Shown here: one piece after another, positions 17,335 to 29,660 of the stretch
How the letters are laid out: each line of letters opens with the position of its first letter
Numbering within the stretch: the first letter of the stretch is position 1
From: the human T2T-CHM13v2.0 reference genome, Homo sapiens
Assembly (NCBI RefSeq): GCF_009914755.1
Contig: NC_060932.1
Strand: one strand, 5' to 3'
Length of the DNA: 64,000 nt
Made by a program: the position numbers and the translations under genes
Notes under the pieces: model-generated
The model's input: only the letters and a program-made list of their open reading frames with translations
Told to the model about the DNA's origin: nothing
Database searches by the model: none

Positions 17335-17680
17335 GAATGCATATTTAACAAAGACTTGCAATTTGCAAGCTCCTGATTGAATATGCTAGAGTCAGGCTGG
17401 AATTTGGTGTCTTATTGCAACAAAAAGTCTGTTTTGTAGCTGTGCCCACCCTGCAAAAAACTGATATTAAGCAAGGCAATATTTTACACATATTATCTTG
17501 CTAAATTCTCATCACAGCTTTTTGCTGGGTGGGCACTATTATTATTCTTACTTTATAGATGAGCAGTGACAATTATATAAGTAATTCTCCCAAAGTCAGC
17601 TGGTGAGCAATGGGGAGAACTGGGGTTTAAACCAGGCTCTCTTTCCAAATCCTAGCTCTAAAAGGCTATGCTATGCTCTA
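17335..17680 (-). mobile_element. MIR SINE carrying a foreign insertion (see findings)
   Basis: TTTTACACATATTATCT...CACTATTATTATTCTTACTTTATAGATGAG...GGGGTTTAAACCAGG. Confidence 0.55.
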
Positions 17681-19082
17681 CTGTCTCACACTGAATGATG
17701 ACATCTTGACAAAGTCATAGGTTTTCATTCTCATCATCAGTATTCTCATCATCAGCAGGTAGCAGTGGTCTCCTTTAATGTCAATAGTAGGAGGTCAATT
17801 AACCTGATATATTTACAGGATTGGCTTCCTGTTATTTTTGTCTATTATATCCTAAACTTAAAAATATATAGGGCTTACTTTGGAATTATAGGCAGAAACT
17901 CAAATTGTCAGACTACGCATCTACGAACTGGTAAACTTAAACATCTTAGGGTTATTAATCAACACTAGGACTGTCACATACACTTCCATCCATAAAAAAT
18001 GATGATGAATTTAAATAACATGAAAGTTGGATTTGTCTGGCACAAATACATTGATTGACAGAGAGAAAAAAAGACAAAGAAGAAAGCCTGAGCAACTAGT
18101 GTTAGGAGAACCAGTTTTATATTTAATATTCATAATTAAAACTATTTGCTTCAAAATTACTTTAAGACTCTTGATTGCTTTTTAAAAAACTAAAATTTTA
18201 GTACTTAGATTAAAAAAAACAGAAATGGCCAGGTTTAAAATGATACATAAGGAGTATCTGTAATAAAATACAAAAATTTCCAGGTAAAGCTATTTTGTAG
18301 TAATAGTGGTTATAGTTTTCTAGTGTGTTTTTTTTGTTGTTGTTGTTGTTGAGTGGATTTGAAACACTGAGTTATCTGGCCACTAAAGTTTTTGGCCATA
18401 TTATTAACAAAAAAATATATATTTCAAAGAAAGAAAGGGATGGACAGTTTCTGCTGTGAGTTTGCTGAATCTGGGGGGCTATAGACAGCATCTTTCATGG
18501 AGATGCACCCATGAAGGCAGAAGTAGCAGAAGGAAAGGTGGAGAAAAGTCCTGCAATCTGCAGTGTGGTCTGAATATTCCTTAGTTAACTCCCTGAGCTG
18601 AAGATTAATTTACTTGATTATAATTTGCAAAATACCCTGCTGTTATGCTATTTCAAACAACTGTGAGTTTGCACTCTATTAAGAAGTAGATAAAAATTAG
18701 TATACTACTTGGAGCTATATTTGATTATCCCTCAGAGTTTTTGCACCCAAGTTTCCAGAAAATTGAATGAAGTTCAGGGGCCATGCCATTAAACCCCAAA
18801 TAAACCACTGGTAATCCTGGCAGCTTGAATTTACTCAACAGTTTTGTGAATACAATCAGAGAATTTACTGTGGTAAGTATGAGCTAATTAATATTTTTAT
18901 GGCTTATAGTTTTTTTAAAAAAGATAAAAAGCTGCAGGGAATAAGCCCAAATAAAACATACGTTTATTGAAATATCAATCTATAAAGGGAAATAATCATC
19001 TTTCTTAGAGTTATAAGAAAAGAATAATAAGAAACATTAAAATAGTATCTGATTTATGACAAAAAATTAGATTATATCAAGA

Positions 19083-19868
19083 TGATAGGGACAGAAGGCA
19101 GGGAAATTCTGGGCAGAAATTCCCTGGTGAGGGCCCTACCCTCAAGTCCAAAAGCCTGATACCACGGCCCAAAGTGAGAACTTACATCCCTGTTTTCTCG
19201 CTCAAATGTTGCCTTTTCCAAAACCACCCATGGCCTGCCCTGCCTCCCATCCTGTGCCCATAAAAACCCCAGGCTCCACTGGCAAAGAGAGGAGAAGCAG
19301 CTGGATGTCAGCCTATGGTTGGATGTTGGAGAGATTCAGCTTGACTTCAGAGGGACAGCTTAACTGTGTAGCTTCACTTAATCTTCCAGGGAAGATTACC
19401 TTCCTGATCTGTCCCTTTTTCAGCTCCCCTTCCTGCCGAGAGCCATTTTCATTGGCAATAAAAATCCCTCACATTTACCACCTTCAATTTGTTCATGTGA
19501 TCTCATTCCTCCTGGACGCTGAGCAAAAACTCAGGTGCCATTAGTGTGGGTGCAAAAGGCTGTCACGCTGACCCTCCACTGAGCTGTTAACACTGAAGTT
19601 GTCCACAGATGGCAAAGCTAAAAGGGCACTGTAACACTTCCTCTGGGGCTTCGGGGTCATGGGCACCCTTCCCTGGATGCTGCTGTGGGGCCAGTATGGA
19701 GTTTGCTCTTGCCAGCATCCAAAAGCACTCACCCTAGCTCCTGCACCCACTCACCTGAGCTCCCTATCCCATGAAGGGTGGAGCAGCAAGGGAGTGGAGT
19801 TTGCCCCTGCTGGTGCCTGGGCACTCCAGTTCCCACACATGAAGGGGTCAGGGAAATATCCTGCTTCA
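19083..19868 (+). mobile_element. LTR1-family (ERV1, HUERS-P2-related) solo LTR
   Basis: TGATAGGGACAG...CCTGCTTCA; 4-bp TSD AAGA at 19079-19082 and 19869-19872. Confidence 0.88.
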
Positions 19869-20838
19869 AAGATGTACTGAAGGATGTCACTGCTTACTAG
19901 ATAGAGACCATTATTGTCTTAAAGAGGACTGGGCTTCAGGGATATAATCCCCATAAGCAGCACACTCTAGTCCTGTTTGCCTCCATGATAACTTGCAACA
20001 CAAAATCTTCTCCAGTAGGAATTATGTGTTTTCTAATAGCCAATTTGATGCAAAACAAAAAAAATATTTTCAATTGATAGTTGTAAGAATCTGAACTTTT
20101 GCCCCCAAAACTCACGGATAAGGTAACTGGACATATTTTCTATAAAAATTTATGGATTCCCATAGATATTTTTCTTCAATAGACATGGGAATCTTTTCCT
20201 TGCAACCTTGGATGAGTAATAGCCAAGTACACATTGTTAGTTGATCAAAGGAAATAGCATTTGGTAAGGAAAACAAAAGCAAGATGAATGAGGATGCCTT
20301 CAAGGAAGGTAGGGAAATGGCCTGAGCTTTTGAGAATATTTTCTTCAGCTCAAAGGCTGAACTTTCCACATTTTGTGTTTTTGCTTGAGAACACTGAAGG
20401 TTAAGTTCCTTTCCCTCTATCTTCACAGTCTTACTCTGTGACCTCAATTTTCCATCAGCTTCAGGGCTCCTAGGGAGCATCAATGTGTCGCTTCCCAAGA
20501 AAGATAAATGTGAAGTAAATCCAAAATGCATCTGGGCATTTGAACCCCCAAACCTCTCGAACTTTTATTTGCCAGTGAAAAACTGTTTAAAGTTCAAGCT
20601 GGGAAAGAAGATACATTAAAACCTTTCTCTCTCTCTCAAGCATCCACAAATGCCTTGTCACTTATTCCCCCTTAGTCCTCCTGAAGTTTTAAGGCCCTAT
20701 TCCTCACATTATGGGTGAAAAAAAGGCCATACTCATCGATTCACTGATTGGCATTCTGTGCTGAGAGCAGCAGGACAAAACCCTGGCATTTCAGTAACAA
20801 TGGCTCAGATCTGCATGAGGCTTTTATCTAGTCCCTGG

Positions 20839-21674
20839 TGAAGCACGATAATTTCCCTCATCCCTTCATGGGTAGGAATTGGAGTGCACCAGCACTGGCC
20901 GGGGATGAACTCCACTCACTCACTCAAACCTGCTGTGCTCAACTCCTTGTGGGAGGGAGCATGCAGGTGAGTGGGTGCAGGACCCATGGTGAGTGCTTCT
21001 GGGAGCCAGCAGGAATGAACTCCATACCAGCCTGGCAGCAGCATCTAGAGGGTTGCCCATGACCCCTGAAGCCCCAGAAGGAGTGTTACAGTCAGTGCTC
21101 TTTTAGCGTTGCCATCAGTGGACAGCTTAAGTGTTAACAGTTCAGTGGAGGGTCAGTGTGACAGCCTTTTGCACCTGCACCAGAGTTCTTGTCTAGCATC
21201 CAGGAGGAATGAGGTCACACGAATGAATTGCAGATGGTAAACACAGGGGATTTTATTGCCAATGAAAGTCACTCTCCATGGGATGGGGAGCTGAAAAGGG
21301 GATGGAGTGGGAAGATATTCTTCCTCTGGAGTCTGACTGGGGACTACAGGTAATCTTCCCCTGGAGTCCATCCAAAGCTACACTCTCAAGCCAACCCTCT
21401 GAAGTCAAGCTGCTTCTGTCTGATGTCCAACCATAGTCTCCAACATCCAGCTGCTTCTCCTTTTCTCCTCTCTCTGCCAGTGGTGCCTGGGGTTTTTATG
21501 GGCACAGGATGGGGGCAGGGCAGGCCATAGGTGGTTTTGGAAAAGGCAACATTCGAGCAGGAAAATAGGGTTGTATATGCTCACTTTGGGCCATGGTTCC
21601 AGGCTTGAGGGTGGGGCCCTTACCAGGGACCTGGCCTCTTCTGCCCAGAGTTTCTCTGCCTCTTGTCCCTGTCA
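20839..21674 (-). mobile_element. LTR1-family solo LTR, second copy
   Basis: Reverse-complement homologue of 19083-19868 (for example, a 24-bp exact match of 19205-19228 to 21530-21553). Flanks CTGG/CTGT are a degenerate TSD. Confidence 0.88.
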
Positions 21675-24644
21675 CTGTCTAGGGTAGGAACCTTTGGCTG
21701 GAGGGTCACTTTCTATGCACCCCTCCAATCCCCTCTGTCAAATATCCCAGTGAGACCCTAGTGATTTCTGTAAGCCACTGGAGCTGCTTGGAAAATCCAG
21801 TGATCCTTCTGACCTACAAGGGAAAACTGGGTGGGCTGGGAGAGCTGCCAAAACTCATGTGATGCCGCTTGTCAAACTCTAGAGCCCACCCCAGGCTACT
21901 GTAGAGACACCTTGTGAAGAGTATCCTTCCAGCAACCCCAAAGCCTCCTCTGATTTGAACTCCTCCCTCCAACTCCACCCAGACATCTTTTCTCTCAAGG
22001 CTAGAACAGTGCAGCCATTGGTCTAAAATTTGCCTCCCTCCCTTTTTTCCTGGTGTAGGAATCAGGGTCAAGTGTCATTGGGAGGTAGAGATGGTAGAAG
22101 TGAGGTTCCTACCTGCCCTCTTGCTTTTATGGAACTTGCAGTCATTATACCATCCTCTTTCATGAGATGGCATCCATCTTCCCCATTACATTTGGCTAGA
22201 ATGGCAGAACAGCTCAGGTGAGCTTAATTTATAGCAGAAAAAAAATTCACACTGGTTTAATAGTTTTCAACACCAGCCAATTTCTATGTGTGCACAGAGC
22301 TGTACATAAGAAACAGTGGCTATGGTGCTGAAATGCACTAAGCTATGTCATAGTAAAATTGATTCTGAAGGAATAAACAAAGATTCCCATTCCTAGAAGA
22401 ATCTCTATAATATTATCAAGTTTACTTACTGCTTAAGAGAAAGAAACCCAGTATCTTAAAACATTGTCAAGATTCTGGGCAGTCTGATTCTGAAATCTCC
22501 CATCAATTTTGCCTTTCAATTAGCAGGTTTTGAACAATATCATGCCCTCGCCTATTGCTTTACTGATCTAATAACTCCTATGCATATTTCGCTGTTCTTT
22601 ATATATTAAACAGTGATGTGAAACAATCATTTTTAGAATATATGTTTTCAGGTTTTGTTGTTTATCTATGGCTGGTCTCCTTAGAGCCTTTAATTTGTTA
22701 CTATGCACCAGAAGCTTCCAACAAAGGACTACAGTGTCAAATACTATTTTAAAAACATGGCTGACTACATAGTCATTTTCTTTTTTGACAAGAATTAGAG
22801 GGAGGAAAACTAGGTCCCATAAGGAAGTATCAAAGTAATTAGTTTTTCACTTATTTATGTTGTTTTGCCTATTTTATTTTGCTTTTCAAAGGGAGGAAAA
22901 AGGTGAGAGATTACTTTTAATTTATAAATATTTTAATTAAAAAAATTAAAACAGCTTTCCTTGTCAGCAGCAACTAAAATAAGGACGAACAGACTTTAAA
23001 GAGTAGATGATTTCACTAAGAAATTATCTAGGTTTCCTGATCACCAAGAGGAAAATTGTATCATAATGGACCTCTTATGAAGATTATGGAGTTTGAGTCC
23101 CTAAAGATCTTCCAGATTTTCAGTAGGTTTGGACATTTACTTTGCCAAATGTAGGGTGTTATATCAGGTTGTGACTGGAATGACCTCATCTCTGCTCAGA
23201 ACTTTGCAGTTGCTCCTTATCCTTCAGAGTTACTAGAGGAAACCTAGCACCCATCAGAATCAGTGAGGACTGCAGAAACATTATGATGATCTGACTGGGC
23301 TTTGGTGTGGGAATTCTCCCTTCTGTTCAAGACCTTGATTCTTCAAAGAGGTCATTGAAGTTGAGCTAGACCTGAACATCTAGGAATTTGCTCAGTGATC
23401 TGCGGGCTAACCATCCTACAAATGGTACCCTGGGTGGTTTACATAGGAGGGTGACTGTAGCTCTTGACCTGGAGGTTTCAGGCTCTCTGAGATTTTGTCC
23501 TGGTTGCATTATGGAGATCATCCAATGCTGCACAATGCGCTTCAGTCACATGTTTTCCCAACAATGTGGGAAAACATTTTGATTGTCCTGCTACTTTGAC
23601 ATTGGGGAGTTCACCTTGCTGCACTGTCAACATATTTCACTTAGGGAAAGTTTTTAGGCTACAGAAAAGTTCATCTAGGAGTCTGAAGGGAAATAATGTT
23701 GGCTTACTCAGAAAGAGGGAATGTGGTGATAATGGTGCACAATATCTGGATTGCTGGCTTGGGAGTATGCTTCCAGAACATAGAGTAACTTTTTCACAGA
23801 CACAAAATGACTCTCATGGCCTATTAAATTCAAGTAGTTTCTGAGATGCCTGAACGTTTAGTCTATTGACATATTCCAGTCTTGCTTTTCAGTTTTCAAC
23901 TTTTCCTAGTTAAATGGGCTGAAGAAAATGGAACTTCCCTTTATCTTTTATCTTGTGATTATAGGAGATGGCAGCTCTAACCTAGCTCTTGCCTATGACC
24001 TCAGGATATGAATGAACTTTTCTGGAAAATGAAATGTATTTAAAATCAAAAGATGGAACATTTTTAAATGTGAATTTAAATAAAAAACAAAAATTACATT
24101 AAAATTATGTTATATTTGCTTAAATGAATGTTCTGAAAATATATTCCATTTACAATAGAATTGTAACAAGCAGACACTTTTATCTAGTTTTATATCATTT
24201 CTTAAACAGGTATGCAGTGTAGCTTAATTCTTGGATTTTGCAAGTTTGCTTCTGTATACTTAAAAATTTTTTTCCAGTGGCAGGATAAATGATTTAAAAT
24301 AGCACTAAACGATAGTAATATCTTATTTGCTTATAGTGCTTTTTAGCTTTTAAAACATTTTTGTATAGTTTATTTATTTGATTACTCAACAGACATATTG
24401 AAATATTATTCTTAAGCTTCTCTTAATGCACAAAATTAAATAAAATGTATTATCTCATTGACCAAAGGCAATTGTTACCCCTAGAAAATAGAGAGCTTCT
24501 TGGCGCTTTACACAAGATAAAGATTAACTGCTAAATGATTGCAATCTTTTAGGTAACTATAACTCAATTTGCAATAATAATTAACTTTATTCATTCCTTG
24601 AATTCATGTAGCATACTTCCTGAGAAAAGCCTTAGGTTTGTAAG

Positions 24645-24845
24645 TTTATATTAACGTGTTTATTCACACAATGTTCTCCACCACACAGGTCAGGCAGATT
24701 TTACCACTTCCATTTTATGGATGGAAAAACAGTTCATGATAAGGTCAGATAAGATGCCCAGAGTTGATTGGTTGGCCAGGGTCACCCTAGTTAACCTAGC
24801 AGAGTAGGGACATGATCCTCTGACAGGTATCCCGTGCAGTCTGAT
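24645..24845 (-). mobile_element. MIR SINE relic
   Basis: CCATTTTATGGATGGAAAAAC...TTGGCCAGGGTCACCC. Confidence 0.5.
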
Positions 24846-25838
24846 ACATCTCCCCATGGGCTTAGAACCACCCTCAGGGCTCTTCACCCAGGTATGCCCT
24901 CCCAGATTTTGCCCTGCCTTAGAACCACTCCCTCTCAGTCTATTCCTTCACCCTGGAGTCCACCATTGAAAGTCTGCTCATTTTAAGTGCTTTCCAGGCC
25001 GTTCTAGTCTCCAGTTTCAATCTCTGGAGCTAAGAGTTGTTAGTGGTTTTATGTCTGACACCACCATAAGGCTCACTTGCAGTTGCCCTCAGTAACCTCC
25101 AGGCCAGTGAGGAAAGGAGGCGTTGGAGGCACAAGGGGACTTTTAGAACTCCTGTTTCATAGCTGTCTTTGTGTTCAGATGTGACTGATTCCTATACCGG
25201 TCTTCCAGCTCTTGAATGATGCCACTTCTGTGTTACCATATACTCAGTTTATTGACAAGCATAATTTTTTTTTTAAAAAGTCTCTAAAAATGTGTAGCTT
25301 TCACCGTCAACCAGGGACTTGCTGAAAACCCCTTTATAGCATTTTATGACTGAGGTTTCCAAATTGACTTAGAGAGGCCTTTTCAATGGCAACATTTTTT
25401 TTTCATCCCAGAGGGTTTTATTTTTAGCTCACATATCTGGCTCATGAAGAAATATAAGTAAACGAACACTTTAGATACACTTTAATGCCCAGTAGCCTCA
25501 AGAGAGTCTCACAATTAAAAAGTTCAATTTCCTTTATTCATTAAATGTCAGTAAGTACCAGAGAGACAGGCATGTTGTAATATTCATGCAAAACATCTCC
25601 CATTAATGGATTCAGATGTTAAAAATAGGTCATTTTAATAATTCTGACTTCTGATACACAGTCCAGAGTTCCATTTTCCTGTATTGAAATTTGTTCCATA
25701 CTATGAGGGTTTGAATATTAAATGTTGCAGAATTGTATATATATTTAAACATTTAGAAAGCAACATCATAATCTAAAGAAAATACCCAACTTGTATTTTT
25801 AAGAGCTCTAAGTGTAAACTTATCAGATTACTAAAGCT

Positions 25839-26128
25839 GGCCGGGTGCTGTGGCTCACGCCTATGATCCCAGCACTTTGAAAGGCCGAGGTGGGCAGATC
25901 ATCTGAGGTCAGGAGTTCGAGACCAACCTGGCCAACATGGAAAAACCCCATCTCTACTAAAAATAGATGATGGTGCATGCCTATAGTCCTAGCTACTTGG
26001 GAGGCCAAGACATGAGAATTGCTTGAACCCAGGAGGCGGAGGTTACAGTGAGCTGAGATCACGCCACTGCACTCCAGCCTGGGCGAGAGTAAGAGACTCA
26101 GTCTCAAAAACAAACAAACAAACAAACA
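25839..26128 (+). mobile_element. Alu (AluS-type) with a short deletion at the linker/right-arm start and a (CAAA)n tail
   Basis: TSD AGATTACTAAAGC at 25825-25837 and 26129-26141. Confidence 0.96.
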
Positions 26129-26779
26129 AGATTACTAAAGCCTACCTTTCCGAAGCATCCCACGCTTCAAGGAAGCTGCCTGTTTGCTCAGAAGAGGAGC
26201 ATTTAAAGAGTATTTCTTATTAGACACATTTTGGTTCCCTGAAAGGGGGTCTGTTCATGGGTGCTAGTCACAGATTAATTTATGTCTGCACTGTGGATTC
26301 CAGACCTTTTCTCATCCTGCTCTGAAAATCAGCACTTGTTATTTTCCTTGATTGTTCTTTCCATCTCCTTTAATCATCTTCTTCTGCAAAACTCCATATC
26401 CTGTGCCAAGACTCACCTCAAATGTTATCTCATTTGTACAAACCTTTCCACCTTATCTAGGAAAACTGATGGTGTTATTTTATATTCCCCCGAATCTTGT
26501 CTGTATCTTGGTTATTATCATATTTTCCAATGCTTATTAAGAACTCATGACATGCCATGTAATTTACTGTTCCTCATATAGACTACCTTATTCAACTCTC
26601 ACACATCCCCTGTAAGATAGATATTGTCTTATTATGTCACATGAAGCTAAAAACTTATCCAAGGTTTTACAGGTAGGAGGGAGCCAGGACTTGAACTTGG
26701 ATACTTTGACTCTAAGGCCACTGGAAAGCACCACACTCCGTGGGGAAATCGCAGATACTAACTTCTTTTATAGTAATTT

Positions 26780-29190
26780 TATGTGAGCTGATCCAGTCTC
26801 ATGGCTTCAAATACTATCTTATTGTATGTTGATTATGCTGAAATTTACAACTTTTCTCTGAAAACCAGATTTGTATCATCACTGGGGTTTCCAGTAGATA
26901 TCTCAAAATGAATGTGTCCAAAATAAAACTCCTGACCATCTTCCCCAAACTTGGCCCTTCCATAATCTTCCTCATCTTGGATGACAGCAACTACAGTCAT
27001 TCACTTTCAAAGTCGTAAATGAGATCTTGTCATTACCAATAACTGCAATCCTCCATAATTTCAACTTCCTGCACCCCAGTGTCTCTGACCACATCTCCAA
27101 CTTGTATAGTTCATTCCATGGTTTTCTCAACATAACAATCCTTCAGTCCAAAATTGATTAACCACTTTTGACTGTGCTCGTCCCTTTGCTGTGTTCCACT
27201 ATTCCTTACAGGCTTAATTCTTCAAACACTTCTCATGTATATCCTTTCTTACACTTCTCTTGCTTTATCTCACTTGTTAAAACAACGACCCTGAATAATT
27301 CAACTGTCCACCACACCACCATGTTGACTCACTATACATTCATGAATGAACCCTAAGTGAGACTGAAGTTCTGATAGGTAACCATACACTCACATACTCT
27401 CCTAGATGACTTATTTCTCTCTCCTCATATTCCCAAAATTTCCTCTCCCAGCCCCATTCTCGGTTGGGAAACTTTGCTTCACTAAGAAAATTGAAACAAT
27501 TAGAAAAGAACTTCTATAGACTTCCGTTGCCATCTCTGGCCAACTATCAGCATTTATACCAAGATCCTTTGCTTTCATGCCAGTTACATGAAATGGATTA
27601 TCTATACTCCTCTAAAGCAAATATTTCCACTTGTGACCAGATCCTATCCTTCATGACCAATTAAGAGCATTGTTCCAGCAATTCTCCCTTTTCTCTCTTA
27701 CATTAGCAATGTTTCACTGTCCACTGGATCAATCATCCACATTAACATATAAATGTTATGGCATTCTTCCCATCTTAAAAAATAAAAACGAAACATTGTA
27801 TTTTGATTCCATTTCTATTCCTCAATACCACATTAATTTCTTGGCCCCATTTTGCAGCAAATTCCTCCAATTCAGATTGTATCTGATTCTTCTCTTCTCA
27901 TTGCCTTTTAAACTCTTTCCCACTAGGTTTTCACCTATACCATTCCACAAAAAATTTCTCTTGTCAAAGTCACAGATAAATCTAATGTTCAACTCTCAGT
28001 CTCCATATCACTACTCTCTCTATAACTGGCTCGATGATAGCACACCCTTATGGTTTTCCTCTTGCCTTCATCATTTCTTCTCTGTCTCTCTTGTGGCCAA
28101 ATCCTCTCCTCTTCAACCTCATAGTGTTGAATATCCCAGGATGTTGCAGTTTAAGATTCCCTTTTCTTTTCTATATAAAATCATTCCCTTGATGATCTCA
28201 TTTAGTCTCATGGATTTAAATTACCTCTATAAAAATGACTCTCAAATTAGTAATTACATCTCTAGTATCTCTTTCCACATACCCAGACTTACATAGCCAA
28301 CTGCCTGCTAAACGTCTTCACTAGATGTTTAACAGGCATCTTAAACTTAGTATCTCAATGCGCAGCCTCCATCTCAGGTGATAACTTCATTCTTCCAACG
28401 TTCAGGCCAAAATTAAATCAACAAAAAACTTGCGAGTTATTTTTTTCTTATATCACATTTACCTTCAAAATAGATCCATAATCTAATTATTTCCCACTGA
28501 CTCCACTGCTCACATTCTTGGCTGAGCCACTACTACTATCTAACTGCTTTTAATTGTTTACCTACAGTCTGAGTTCAATACAGCAACCAGAGTGATTCTA
28601 TTGAATCCTAAACCAGATCATCTGAAACCTCTCTTAAAAACATAGCAATAGTCCCCATTTCAACCTCAGTGAAAACCAAAGCCCTTTCCATGGCCCACGT
28701 GGCCCTACATTATCCTGATCCACATCGCCTTTAATATCCATCTCCATATTCCCCCCATTCTCTTCGCTCCTTTCACACTGGCTTCCTGAACACACCAAAC
28801 ATCCTCCTGCCTTGAGTCCTTTGCACCTGCTCTTCCCTCTGCTTGGAATACTCTTTCTCAAGATATCCACATGGATAATATTTCTGTACTTCAAGTTTTT
28901 GTTCATACATGAAGTGTTCTGTCTCCAACTTGCCTCCTTTAATCTATTCTTAATACAGAAGCCAGAGTGGACACCTTAAAATGCAGATCAAATCAAGTTG
29001 CATTTCTAATCAAACACTTGCAATGAACGACAGTTACCATTTCAGCTTCCAGAGCCCAGCCTTTTTCCCTCCTTGACACCATCTGCTTTGCTCCACTCCT
29101 TACTCTGTCCATCCACATTGGTCTCTCTGCTGTTTTTTGAAAATGAAGCCAGTTTCCTGTTTTAGAGACTTTGCATTTTCTTTGCCAGGA
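26780..29190 (+). mobile_element. L2 LINE fragments
   Basis: Pyrimidine-rich L2 text such as GATCTCATTTAGTCTCATGGATTTAAATTACC...GACTCTCAAATT and CAGCAACCAGAGTGATTCT. Boundaries approximate. Confidence 0.7.
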
Positions 29191-29570
29191 ATGTCTGAAT
29201 AAAGATTAAACCTATGGGAATTGAGCCCCAGAGTAAGCACATGAATGAAAAGGTATCAGGACATGAAGAGAAAGAGTATTAATAAATATAAACTTCCTTA
29301 TTTTGTGTCATTCTTCTTTGTCTTCTACCTTCTCCTGTTTTTCCTTCTTCTTCTTCTGGTGGGGATTTTCTGATGTGTTTTAGAAAAGCAAAATTTTCTC
29401 AATTATCAGTTTATTTTTGCCAATGTATCCTGAACCTTTTCCCTAAACTTTTCCAGTAATAGTAGAGTCCTCCATCCTTCATGTGTCAGAAGCTATCATG
29501 GGGGTGAACTCTGGTTATTAAATTGAGCTGCCATTGGTGTATAAGTCATAGTTTCTCTTAAGTTACTCAC

Positions 29571-29660
29571 CTTCCTTCTTAACTCTATTTGTGTTTTTGT
29601 GAGAGACACTTCCCTTCTCTCTATACCCCTCTCCTCCCTTTCCTCTAAGTCTAAATGTAA
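29571..29660 (-). other. candidate 90-nt spliced exon (probably lncRNA)
   Basis: On the minus strand: CTAAT branch, long T tract, GGAACAG acceptor (29661-29663), purine-rich body, AAG|GTGAGT donor (29565-29570). Confidence 0.4.

Noticed and set aside
20112-20531. 139-aa minus ORF between the LTR1 copies, as possible retroviral internal sequence
   Set aside because: No gag/pol/env motifs. The LTRs are inverted with separate TSDs, so the spacer is host DNA.
27670-28296. 208-aa ORF
   Set aside because: Lies in pyrimidine-rich L2 relic DNA. F/L/S-biased composition, non-ATG start and no recognisable domain.
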